DNA of 64,000 bases from a virus, in IMG/VR virus record IMGVR_UViG_3300045988_100778, positions 1 to 64,000 of that record; one strand, given 5' to 3'. A model generated the notes under the pieces. That model was not told where the DNA came from, ran no database searches, and worked only from the letters and a program-made list of their open reading frames with translations. The translations under genes and the position numbers were made by a program. This document shows, one piece after another, positions 8,906-16,543 of this stretch. Numbering within the stretch: the stretch's first letter is position 1; each line of letters starts with the position of its first letter.

Positions 8906-9208
8906 ATGATAACAGCGATATTTATATGTCTCGTTCTTCTTACAGTAATCCTTATCACCCTTCTTTTGTGGTGCATAGGGACGGTTACGGGAATTCAGAA
9001 AAGAATGGACGCTCTTCTTTATGTGGTCTCCTATATAGACCTTATCCAGAGAAAGCGGTTCATCCGGTATTTAGACCAACTTTCCAGGAAGATGAGCTGT
9101 AATGAGGACGAGATGGAGGACAATCAGAAACAATTCCTATTCCATTTAAGCCAGGAATTGACGAGCGAAATAAAAAGGATGGAAGACGATTATAAAGACT
9201 TGATATAA
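8906..9208 (+). CDS. membrane protein (100 aa), apparently leaderless
   Basis: ATG 8906 (MITAIFICLVLLTVILITLLLWCIG...), 5 nt after a TATATTTG -7 box (8893-8900). Confidence 0.5.
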   Translation: MITAIFICLVLLTVILITLLLWCIGTVTGIQKRMDALLYVVSYIDLIQRKRFIRYLDQLSRKMSCNEDEMEDNQKQFLFHLSQELTSEIKRMEDDYKDLI

Positions 9209-9609
9209 TGGCAAAGAAAAACGATTTTACATACAACGGAGGAAGCCAGTATATTGACTGGCTTTGCAGCTCCAATAAGCTTGTTTTGCTCCGTAATAAT
9301 GATAATATAAAGGGTGAGGACAAAACGACGATTGCACGCGCTCTAAAGTGCAAATCCGGCGATATACTTTGCCTTGTACTGGGTCGAAATATCAGTTCTT
9401 TCGCCTATCATAAAATCATTGAGGATATGGAAGGACGTACTGTTGAAAGTATCGTCCAGTCCAAGAACCCGGTATTTTCTTCCATCTACTGGACCGGGAA
9501 CAAGAAAGCGGCCCTTTCAGACCATACTATCTTTGTTTCCTGGGAAATACTTAAAGATACCATTAATGACTGGGATAACGCGCCTTATTTCTATCCGGAC
9601 ATTGTTTAG
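9208..9609 (+). CDS. hypothetical protein (133 aa)
   Basis: ORF track; TAATG overlap with the previous gene. Confidence 0.55.
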   Translation: MAKKNDFTYNGGSQYIDWLCSSNKLVLLRNNDNIKGEDKTTIARALKCKSGDILCLVLGRNISSFAYHKIIEDMEGRTVESIVQSKNPVFSSIYWTGNKKAALSDHTIFVSWEILKDTINDWDNAPYFYPDIV

Positions 9610-9645
9610 AACCTTCTTTCTCAATTTTTATATATTTGTTTGACT

Positions 9646-9698
9646 AACACCCGGTTACGCTTCTCGTGTAGAAATGTTTCCGGGTGTTTTCTTTTGGG
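9646..9698 (+). terminator. intrinsic terminator hairpin
   Basis: AACACCCGG (9646-9654) pairs with CCGGGTGTT (9680-9688), followed by TTCTTTT. Confidence 0.55.
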
Positions 9699-9702
9699 TG
9701 AT

Positions 9703-9805
9703 ATGTTAATTATATGTTAAAAGGACATAAGCACTTGCGTATGTCGTGATAACTACCTATATTTGCAATGTCTTCTTAAGGGAGATAGTTAATTAGGTCA
9801 AACAA
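9703..9805 (+). promoter_or_regulatory. conserved promoter cassette, copy 3 of 5
   Basis: ATGTTAATTATATGTTAAAAGGACATAAGCACTTGCGTATGTCGTGATAACTACCTATATTTGCAATG...GTCAAACAA (9797-9805). ATG at 9813. Confidence 0.65.
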
Positions 9806-9812
9806 CAAAAAG

Positions 9813-10286
9813 ATGAAGATTATGAAAAAAGGAAATCTGCCAAAACAAGAATACAAGCTTATCAGTATGTGCATGCAGGGAGTTGAGAATGGAATAGCCT
9901 ACAGTTGTTCAGATTGCGGACGCACGATATTCAATTTTGCAATAATCAAAGGGAAAATGGACAACAAGGAATATATCGTAGGTCTTACTTGCGTAAAGAA
10001 GCTGTTAAATAAAACCATCTATTTTTCAAATGAAACACAATGGGAATACGAGAAGGAATTAGCAGGATGGAATAACGCTATGAATTCAAGGAAATGGTTA
10101 GATAAGAACCAGTCCAAAAGAATCAAGGAAGGTTTAAAACCTTATGAACTGGAATACAAGGAATTTGCCGGACATGATGGATTGCAGTATTGCTATATGG
10201 AAATGAGTATAAACGGTAAATATGAAGGGCATACGGCATTTATCGAAACAAAATACAATTCCGTATTTAACGGAATCAAGAATTGA
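9813..10286 (+). CDS. hypothetical protein with a possible zinc ribbon (157 aa)
   Basis: First ORF after cassette copy 3. Cys pairs in CSDCGRT ... LTCVKK. Confidence 0.55.
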   Translation: MKIMKKGNLPKQEYKLISMCMQGVENGIAYSCSDCGRTIFNFAIIKGKMDNKEYIVGLTCVKKLLNKTIYFSNETQWEYEKELAGWNNAMNSRKWLDKNQSKRIKEGLKPYELEYKEFAGHDGLQYCYMEMSINGKYEGHTAFIETKYNSVFNGIKN

Positions 10287-10304
10287 ATAATCTATTAAAA
10301 TGAA

Positions 10305-10313
10305 GTCAAACAA
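10305..10313 (+). promoter_or_regulatory. stand-alone GTCAAACAA leader box
   Basis: Same 9-mer as at the 3' end of all five cassettes; 16 nt upstream of ATG 10329. Confidence 0.4.
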
Positions 10314-10328
10314 AAATTTTACAAGAAC

Positions 10329-10520
10329 ATGAGAACAATAAGAAAAGGGAATTTCCGGGTCGTATATGACCCGGCAAAAGGTGAAAGTATGAGTATGATT
10401 GCCGTCTACAAAAAGAACCTGGACGGCACGTTATCCCTAATCAGTAAGGAGATGGGAGAAGAAAATGATAACGAGGTTCTGAGAGAACAAGCAATGAAAA
10501 TCATTAATGAACTTAAATAA
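10329..10520 (+). CDS. hypothetical protein (63 aa)
   Basis: ORF track; preceded by a GTCAAACAA box. Confidence 0.5.
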   Translation: MRTIRKGNFRVVYDPAKGESMSMIAVYKKNLDGTLSLISKEMGEENDNEVLREQAMKIINELK

Positions 10521-10535
10521 TAGGAGGATTAAATT

Positions 10536-10760
10536 ATGAATGCAGGTATCGTATTTTTAACTATCATTATTTTTATCGTTCATCTTATGCTGAGTGCCGA
10601 GGTAGGTTCTACGGCAGAAAGGATGAACAGAAGTTTCGGAGTGTGGATGCTTATGGCACTTATCATTTCCCCGTTTATCGCAGCCATCTTTGTTCACTGC
10701 CTGGGACCTATTCCGGTTCTCGAAAAGAAAGAGGAAGAAGACGATGAAGCCGAGAAGTGA
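10536..10760 (+). CDS. small membrane protein (74 aa)
   Basis: AGGAGGA Shine-Dalgarno at 10522-10528. Two hydrophobic spans and an acidic tail. Confidence 0.5.
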   Translation: MNAGIVFLTIIIFIVHLMLSAEVGSTAERMNRSFGVWMLMALIISPFIAAIFVHCLGPIPVLEKKEEEDDEAEK

Positions 10761-10938
10761 TAGATATATCTACTATTATGACAAACGGTCGAAGAACAAG
10801 CCGTACCGGGTTATAATAGAGGTTGAAAAGAAGAAGTACAATATCGGTTATTTCCGGACCGTGGAAGAAGCAAGAACAGCCCGTGACGAATTCATTAGAA
10901 ATCATTTTTCTGTCTCCATAAGCTGGCAACGATTGTAG
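10744..10938 (+). CDS. AP2-like DNA-binding domain protein (64 aa)
   Basis: Internal ATG 10744. KPYRVIIEVEKKKYNIGYFRTVEEARTARDEF resembles the AP2 pattern (Y-R-x-x-I ... G-x-F-x-T-x-E-E-A-x-x-A-Y-D). Confidence 0.45.
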   Translation: MKPRSDRYIYYYDKRSKNKPYRVIIEVEKKKYNIGYFRTVEEARTARDEFIRNHFSVSISWQRL

Positions 10939-11156
10939 GAAATGAATGTGATTGTGGATAAGATTGCCGAACTTTCGGAAATTCTTTCTTCCTATAGGGA
11001 TATTTCCACTAATGAGGTTATTCGGAAAATCGGGAATATCAAGCAGAACGCGATTTCCATAAAGAAAATTATTGCATAAATATACATTCAATTTGTATAA
11101 TTATTCAATTTTGTTTTGTAGTATGAGAACCTGGGTTTAGCGAAACCCGACAGACT

Positions 11157-11187
11157 GGGACGTTGTGAAACGTCCCTTTTCTTTTTC
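11157..11187. terminator. bidirectional intrinsic terminator
   Basis: GGGACGTT-GTGA-AACGTCCC (11157-11176) followed by TTTTCTTTTTC. It lies between convergent + and - genes. Confidence 0.65.
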
Positions 11188-11205
11188 TAAATCTTGACAA
11201 TCGAG

Positions 11206-11688
11206 TTAATAATACTTGAAGAATGACAAAAAACCATAATCTACCAGTCCTTTTTCTACTGCATTCGCTTCTTGTTCAAATACGATTGCATGGTAACAGT
11301 CATGGTTTATAGCCTGGATTCTCTTAATCCACTTCTTTATACCGCCACTGAAACCTGGGTGATATTTGATTAAAGCTCCTATTACGCGTACAAGCCATTC
11401 CAGGACGTAGTATAGATAGAACGTTAACGGGATAAGGAGAAGGAGCCAGGGACACGAGAAAATGCCTGCAAGACCGCTAAAAAGCACGGTTCCCGGTATC
11501 ATTAATGATTTCCACTGGTAGGAGTGGGTTTCTTCATGTTTTAGGAATTCTTCGTCGTAATACTCTTTCGTTTTCTTGCAAAGCAACCAGCAAAAAATTA
11601 GAATTGCGGAAAAGGTCGGAATGATAATTTTCGCAATTTTCGATTCATAAATCACTTTCATATTTTTACAATTTTTAAGATTAAACAT
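11206..11688 (-). CDS. membrane protein with an HExxH zinc-metalloprotease motif (160 aa)
   Basis: LKHEETHSYQW (HExxH) and a distal FEQEAN, separated by hydrophobic spans. One of only two minus-strand genes in the window. Confidence 0.55.
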   Translation of the reverse strand: MFNLKNCKNMKVIYESKIAKIIIPTFSAILIFCWLLCKKTKEYYDEEFLKHEETHSYQWKSLMIPGTVLFSGLAGIFSCPWLLLLIPLTFYLYYVLEWLVRVIGALIKYHPGFSGGIKKWIKRIQAINHDCYHAIVFEQEANAVEKGLVDYGFLSFFKYY

Positions 11689-11854
11689 GTGTAAAGGTAG
11701 TCTTTTTCGAGGAAATTTCTGTCAATATTTATTACTATTTGTAACTGTCTGATTTACAATGCGTTTTGTCAACTTTGACCGTAAATATATCTATGAAAAA
11801 ATATTTTTCTTTTCTTTCTTTTGTTGTATAATAGGAGTTAATGATATTGGGTGA

Positions 11855-11930
11855 TATATACGCGCGTGCGCGTGCGAGCGTAGGCGAGCGCGCGCAACAT
11901 GTGTGCGTGTATGTGTGTGCATGCGCGCGT
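11855..11930. repeat. GC-rich alternating purine/pyrimidine (Z-DNA-prone) tract
   Basis: ATATATACGCGCGTGCGCGTGCGAGCGTAGGCGAGCGCGCGCAACATGTGTGCGTGTATGTGTGTGCATGCGCGCGT. Nothing comparable was noticed elsewhere in this AT-rich window. Confidence 0.8.
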
Positions 11931-12060
11931 AGGGAGGGGGACATGCAAAGTGTTAACGGAGGTGAAAGGAGGAAGCGGAGAGGATAGAGCGAAGTTTAGG
12001 GAAAATGGAGGAAGAAAGAGTGATAGAAGCTCCTATAAAGGGCTGAAAAGTGAAGGGAAT
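11929..12060 (+). repeat. purine-rich (GGAGG/GAA) tract
   Basis: GTAGGGAGGGGGACATGCAAAGTGTTAACGGAGGTGAAAGGAGGAAGCGGAGAGGATAGAGCGAAG...GGAGGAAGAAAGAG. About four-fifths purine on the + strand by eye. Confidence 0.75.
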
Positions 12061-12102
12061 TTTGGAAAAAGCGCGGCCCGGCAAAAATTTTTCCGAGAAA
12101 AT

Positions 12103-12133
12103 TTTGTGGATTAAAAAATTATCCCTATGTTTG
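12103..12133 (+). promoter_or_regulatory. canonical Bacteroidota-type promoter (-33 TTTG / -7 TATGTTTG)
   Basis: TTTG 12103-12106 and TATGTTTG 12126-12133 with a 19-nt spacer. Lies ~215 nt upstream of ATG 12350. Confidence 0.5.
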
Positions 12134-12349
12134 CAGTGCTTAAACAAATGGCGGCTCAGTTCTGAAAAGAGCTGGGAACCGCAAAAGAAAAGGGGTTATC
12201 TGTAAAATTGCACTTCTACAAATACCATTTTTTAAATTTTCCCCTTTTCTTTTTGTTTTGTAAGCAGGTGTTTGAAGAAGTGAAAATATCCTTAAGCAAG
12301 ATATTCGTAAAATTGAAAATTTTGTAGAAGAGGTGCAATTTTATAGAAA

Positions 12350-13528
12350 ATGAAAAAAGATACACAGAAGCGCAAAGCTTCAAAAATTAAGAACGAATAC
12401 ATATTAGTTTTGGAAGCAATTTCAAAAGTGCTTACACAGTTTACACGTGTAGAGAATCTGAATGAGCATAAATTCAACAGAGACCCCTATTACTCATTCA
12501 TTTATCCGGATTTAAGCACTAATGAAATGGTTAAGGCTGTTTCTGCATATACAGGTCTTGACAGAAAGAAAGTGCGTAAAAGTATTACGTTTTTGAGATT
12601 GAATGATTACATAGAATTTAAGGATAGAAGTTATTGTAAGATTATTAAGAAGATTGATTTTAAAGAGATTGTAAGAATACCCGAATATTTTAAGATTGCC
12701 GCTAAAAATAAGAAGATTGTCTGGACTGAATTCAACCAGAAGGTTTTAGATTACATTAGCAAAAGAAAAGGTTGTTTTGAATACGAAAAGAAAGAAAGCC
12801 AAGTTACGGATGAAGAATTGGAAGATTTTAGAGAGCATGGAATGACTTTTGACGATGAGAAGTTTTTAAGAATAAATCGCTATAAATGGCAGGATTGCGA
12901 CCCGGTTTTTTATGAAAAGAAGGCAACAATAGCCTTTAATTTAAAATGCAGTATAGGCACCGTAAAGAATACGATTAAGAAGCTTAAAGTGTTGTTTGGT
13001 AGAGAAGTAAGTTTTAAAGATACACCAGTAGAGAAAGTTAGACGCGTTCATTATTCGCATTCCTACAGGATAGAATTACCCGATAGAAGGGAATGGAAGG
13101 ATATTTTGCTTAAAGAGCTTAAGAGTTTATGGGAAAGTGTTGTAGATAGCAGGAGAAAGGTTATAGACACGCTTAAGGATATTGTTTGGGACAGACAGGA
13201 CGAAAGGGAAGAGAAAGAAAAGGAAGGTATTTTTTGTTCTGAATATACACGTATAAGCAAGCAGGATTTTGATGCAAATGTAGGAGTGCAGTATAGTGTT
13301 TTGATGGGATTTAAGAAGAAAACCTATACTGCCATTGAAGAAGAAGAGGAGGACGAGGATTACGAAGAAGAGAATAATTATACAGAAAAATACGAGGAAG
13401 AAGATTTTGATGATGATGCAGACGATTTAGAAGAATATGAAGAAAAAGAATACGGATGGAGCAAATATCGTTGCTATGAGGCACCGGAATATGAGGGTTA
13501 TGACCCTAACGAATTTGAAGCGTATTAG
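12350..13528 (+). CDS. putative DNA-binding protein with an acidic C-terminal tail (392 aa)
   Basis: Two HTH-like segments (LDRKKVRKSITFLRLNDYI; FNLKCSIGTVKNTIKKLKVLFG) and an E/D-rich tail (EEEEEDEDYEEENN...DDDADDLEEYEE). Confidence 0.6.
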   Translation: MKKDTQKRKASKIKNEYILVLEAISKVLTQFTRVENLNEHKFNRDPYYSFIYPDLSTNEMVKAVSAYTGLDRKKVRKSITFLRLNDYIEFKDRSYCKIIKKIDFKEIVRIPEYFKIAAKNKKIVWTEFNQKVLDYISKRKGCFEYEKKESQVTDEELEDFREHGMTFDDEKFLRINRYKWQDCDPVFYEKKATIAFNLKCSIGTVKNTIKKLKVLFGREVSFKDTPVEKVRRVHYSHSYRIELPDRREWKDILLKELKSLWESVVDSRRKVIDTLKDIVWDRQDEREEKEKEGIFCSEYTRISKQDFDANVGVQYSVLMGFKKKTYTAIEEEEEDEDYEEENNYTEKYEEEDFDDDADDLEEYEEKEYGWSKYRCYEAPEYEGYDPNEFEAY

Positions 13529-13531
13529 AAT

Positions 13532-13774
13532 ATGGAAACGGTAAGTGATTACATATACAGAGACTATGAAAGCGAAGATGTAGAACTGTACGCGGAACAG
13601 ATGATACGGGAACGCATAGCGCGTGACGAGAAGCGACGCGAACAGATAGAAAAGGCTTTGGCGAAAGCCGAAAGGACCAGGAAACGGGTAGAAAACAGAA
13701 GACGGAAGTATATAAAGACAAACCCTATCCGCGCGAAGTACAAATACCCAGTATTGGATAAATATTCAAGTTAA
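13532..13774 (+). CDS. hypothetical charged protein (80 aa)
   Basis: ORF track; 3 nt after the previous stop. Confidence 0.55.
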   Translation: METVSDYIYRDYESEDVELYAEQMIRERIARDEKRREQIEKALAKAERTRKRVENRRRKYIKTNPIRAKYKYPVLDKYSS

Positions 13775-13853
13775 AAGCTTGGTTATTTGACTGATAATGC
13801 CTATTTTTACCGTTGTAATTGCAATTTCGTTATAACTTAAAAAGGCATTATTC

Positions 13854-14546
13854 ATGGATAATAATAGAAAAGAAGAGAAAGTGTTCGGACGTGCACAATT
13901 TGAACAATTTCTCATTGACAACGACTACGAAGCGTTCACCGCAAAGCAGGTAGCGGCTTTTGCTACTGATGTTTTGAACAAATCGGAAAACAACGAATTG
14001 GACGAGTTCGAGAAAGCATGTGCGGCTGCGGACTGGAAATCACTGGAAACGGTTAAAGTGCTGAATGACCTCTACGAGGAAGAACCTATGTTTGTGAGAC
14101 CCTCACAGGTGGAAGTGATACCAGGAAAGGAAGGTATCTTTAAATCAATGTCCGGGAACCGTGATATGTTGCGATACAAGGAAACCCCTCTAAACATTTT
14201 CAAGGGCATAGCCGGAATGTGCGTATCTGATGATATAGAGAAGGCACGGAAGGGTGAACCTATCGGAACCGTAAAAAGCTGGGGAGGGAAAGAATATGTG
14301 AAGACCGCGAACGGCTGGGTACGACGCCAGGGAATCAAGACAAAGGAGACCGCGAAGGAGGAGAAGCCGAAAGAAAAGAAAGGCGGTTTCCCTACAGTTG
14401 AAAAACTCGTGGCTGCGGCCGCAAAGTCGGGGCACAACCCTAAAGAGGCAGAGAACGTTATCAGAGAACGCTATGACTATCTGAAAAAGAAATATCCGGA
14501 AGCCTCATCAAGTAAACTTGTACACATTGCATATACAATTTCCTAA
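13854..14546 (+). CDS. hypothetical protein (230 aa)
   Basis: ORF track. Confidence 0.6.
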   Translation: MDNNRKEEKVFGRAQFEQFLIDNDYEAFTAKQVAAFATDVLNKSENNELDEFEKACAAADWKSLETVKVLNDLYEEEPMFVRPSQVEVIPGKEGIFKSMSGNRDMLRYKETPLNIFKGIAGMCVSDDIEKARKGEPIGTVKSWGGKEYVKTANGWVRRQGIKTKETAKEEKPKEKKGGFPTVEKLVAAAAKSGHNPKEAENVIRERYDYLKKKYPEASSSKLVHIAYTIS

Positions 14547-14559
14547 AATTCCGTCGCAT

Positions 14560-15063
14560 ATGATTATGGGAAAACTACATAAAATAAGGGAATACGTAAT
14601 GAGTTTATATTTTCCCGTGTTGTTGAGCATACCTATCTCTTTTTCCAACACGACATCCTTCATTGAGAAATATGTGTTTCGGGACTGGGAGTTCTTGAAA
14701 TACCTAATGATTCTTATAGTGATAGACACACTTGTAAGCTGGGTATATCATATCAAGAACAAGGACTTTTCAAGCAAGGGCTTTTCAATGATTATCACAA
14801 AGCTTTTCATTTATTCCGCTATTCTGATTGTTTCGCATGTGATGGGGAACTTTACGGTGGAAGGCGGCAATGTGGAGATATACACATGGTTCCGTGCCGT
14901 GGTGTGTAACGCGCTTATAATACGAGAATCAATCTCAATCGTGGAGAACGCGGCAAAGGTAAGCCCTACTTTGGTACCTCAGAGAATTAGAAAATATCTG
15001 TCTGATTTCGACGAATTCGGAGACAAGAAACCGAAGGCGATAAAGGAAATGAAAGGAGAATGA
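14560..15063 (+). CDS. holin (Holin_4_1 / LL-H-like)
   Basis: Multiple hydrophobic spans and the C-terminal signature IRESISIVENAAK (E-x-x-S-I-x-E-N). ATG 14560 or 14566 follows the previous stop. Confidence 0.6.
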   Translation: MIMGKLHKIREYVMSLYFPVLLSIPISFSNTTSFIEKYVFRDWEFLKYLMILIVIDTLVSWVYHIKNKDFSSKGFSMIITKLFIYSAILIVSHVMGNFTVEGGNVEIYTWFRAVVCNALIIRESISIVENAAKVSPTLVPQRIRKYLSDFDEFGDKKPKAIKEMKGE

Positions 15064-15413
15064 TTATGGCACAAGGTGATTATTTGCCAGGAACCTATTC
15101 AAGGGTCGGAACAGAGGAAAATCCCGGTACATACTTTGGAGGAGGCGCAGGCGGTGGTACTTCACAGACAATGCCACCGAAGGTGAAGAAGGTATGGGTA
15201 CTGGACAACGATAAATGGAATATGCGCAACTATTGGATTTCTGGAGGGAAGTTCAGTATTCCGGCAGTATGGGTACTTACCAAAGGAATTTGGGACAACT
15301 TAGGCAAATGGATGAAAGACGGAGTTTGGAGAATGGGACAGACCATTTTCTCTACAGACAATATTTGGCGTGACAATTTCGTGTGGTACAATGATTTAAA
15401 ATTCAAATTTTAG
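15060..15413 (+). CDS. Gly-rich / Trp-repeat protein (117 aa)
   Basis: GGGAGGG linker followed by about 13 Trp at roughly 6-12-residue spacing (VWVLDNDKWNMRNYW...VWRMG...IWRDNFVWY). Overlaps the holin stop. Confidence 0.55.
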   Translation: MIMAQGDYLPGTYSRVGTEENPGTYFGGGAGGGTSQTMPPKVKKVWVLDNDKWNMRNYWISGGKFSIPAVWVLTKGIWDNLGKWMKDGVWRMGQTIFSTDNIWRDNFVWYNDLKFKF

Positions 15414-15418
15414 AGATT

Positions 15419-15940
15419 ATGAAAAAAGTAGCGTTTTATCAAATACAGGACGGTGATACTGGGGCACAGGTTGCACAAGGCTTACAGGGAAATTTCGAGG
15501 CTTTGCAACAGGAGATAGAGGCAATTCCTTCCTATTCCTTGCCTATTAAGATGGACCCTAATAGTGGAATTATCAACAGTGAGGAGGACTATAACAGTAT
15601 TCTCCCCGAATCCTATCTGACGGAATATCCGTGGCAGACTGAATATGCAGACGGTCTTCCTTGGTTATGGATGAACTTCAAAGCAAAGGTATCGGAAGGT
15701 ACTCAGATTTGTATTAAGCATAACAACAAGTTCTGCGAGTTCACCAACATTCCAGAAACTATCGGCACCGTATCTGTTGACAAGAAGATTCTGACAATGA
15801 AGGAGAAGAACGAATATCTGGGTTTCGAGTGTCAGAAGGATTTGGGTGTACAGAAAGTGGACTTGAAAGGCATTTACCAGGTTTACGTACTGGGTGCTGA
15901 CGGTTCCGTGGAACAGGAAATTGTATTTGAATGTAAATAA
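15419..15940 (+). CDS. hypothetical protein (173 aa)
   Basis: ORF track. Confidence 0.6.
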   Translation: MKKVAFYQIQDGDTGAQVAQGLQGNFEALQQEIEAIPSYSLPIKMDPNSGIINSEEDYNSILPESYLTEYPWQTEYADGLPWLWMNFKAKVSEGTQICIKHNNKFCEFTNIPETIGTVSVDKKILTMKEKNEYLGFECQKDLGVQKVDLKGIYQVYVLGADGSVEQEIVFECK

Positions 15941-15963
15941 AAACCATTAAAAAAGAAAAGATT

Positions 15964-16536
15964 ATGAGACTATACAGATTTTTGGACGAAGACAAGAATA
16001 TTGATGTGACATTGGTAACGGACGGAAGTTGCGACCAGAAGAAAGTGTTCATCACCGAATCACCGCGCGGAATTACCCCTAAAGGAAATGTGACGGACCC
16101 GGAAGGCGGTGCCGAGCTTTTGAAGCTTGGTTTCAAATGGAATGTAGGCGAAGCCGTGATGCATGAGGAACTTGTAGCATTTGCGGAAGAAAAGGGTTTG
16201 GAATTGATTATCGACCCCCAGGGATTGAATGAAATTGTTGCGGTAACGGCAGAATGGAACGAAAACGATGCATGCGTTATTACAATCAAGACAAGTGTTC
16301 CGGCAAAGAAGGATGTCGATATCTATTTCCCCAATAGCGTAGATTTGCAGGAAAGCGCAGAAAGATTTGGAGTAATCAGAGGAGACCGCAAGACCATTGC
16401 TACTAAAGTTATGTCCGGAAAGCCTATGGCGTTTACGCTGGCTGACCTTGGTTTGGATGCAAAGGAAGACTTGAACGTGGTTGTAATGACAGATAACAAC
16501 ACATGGCGCGAAGAACTCGTAGCCGAAAACAACTAA
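15964..16536 (+). CDS. hypothetical virion-module protein (190 aa)
   Basis: Its N-terminus (MRLYRFLDEDKNIDVTLVTDGSCDQKKVFITES) is paralogous to that of the next ORF. Confidence 0.6.
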   Translation: MRLYRFLDEDKNIDVTLVTDGSCDQKKVFITESPRGITPKGNVTDPEGGAELLKLGFKWNVGEAVMHEELVAFAEEKGLELIIDPQGLNEIVAVTAEWNENDACVITIKTSVPAKKDVDIYFPNSVDLQESAERFGVIRGDRKTIATKVMSGKPMAFTLADLGLDAKEDLNVVVMTDNNTWREELVAENN

Positions 16537-16543
16537 AGGGGTT

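Noticed and set aside
10942-11079. A 45-aa ORF (MNVIVDKIAELSEILSSYRDIS...) after the AP2-like gene.
   Set aside because: It is plausible, being co-oriented and lying before the terminator. It is too short and featureless to support as a feature.
11735-12147. Three ORF-track entries (11735-11944 -, 11899-12114 +, 11953-12147 -) in the large intergenic region.
   Set aside because: They translate the (CG/TG)n and polypurine tracts (for example MCACMCVHARVGRG, ARARAYIS). They have no start context and look like non-coding structured DNA.
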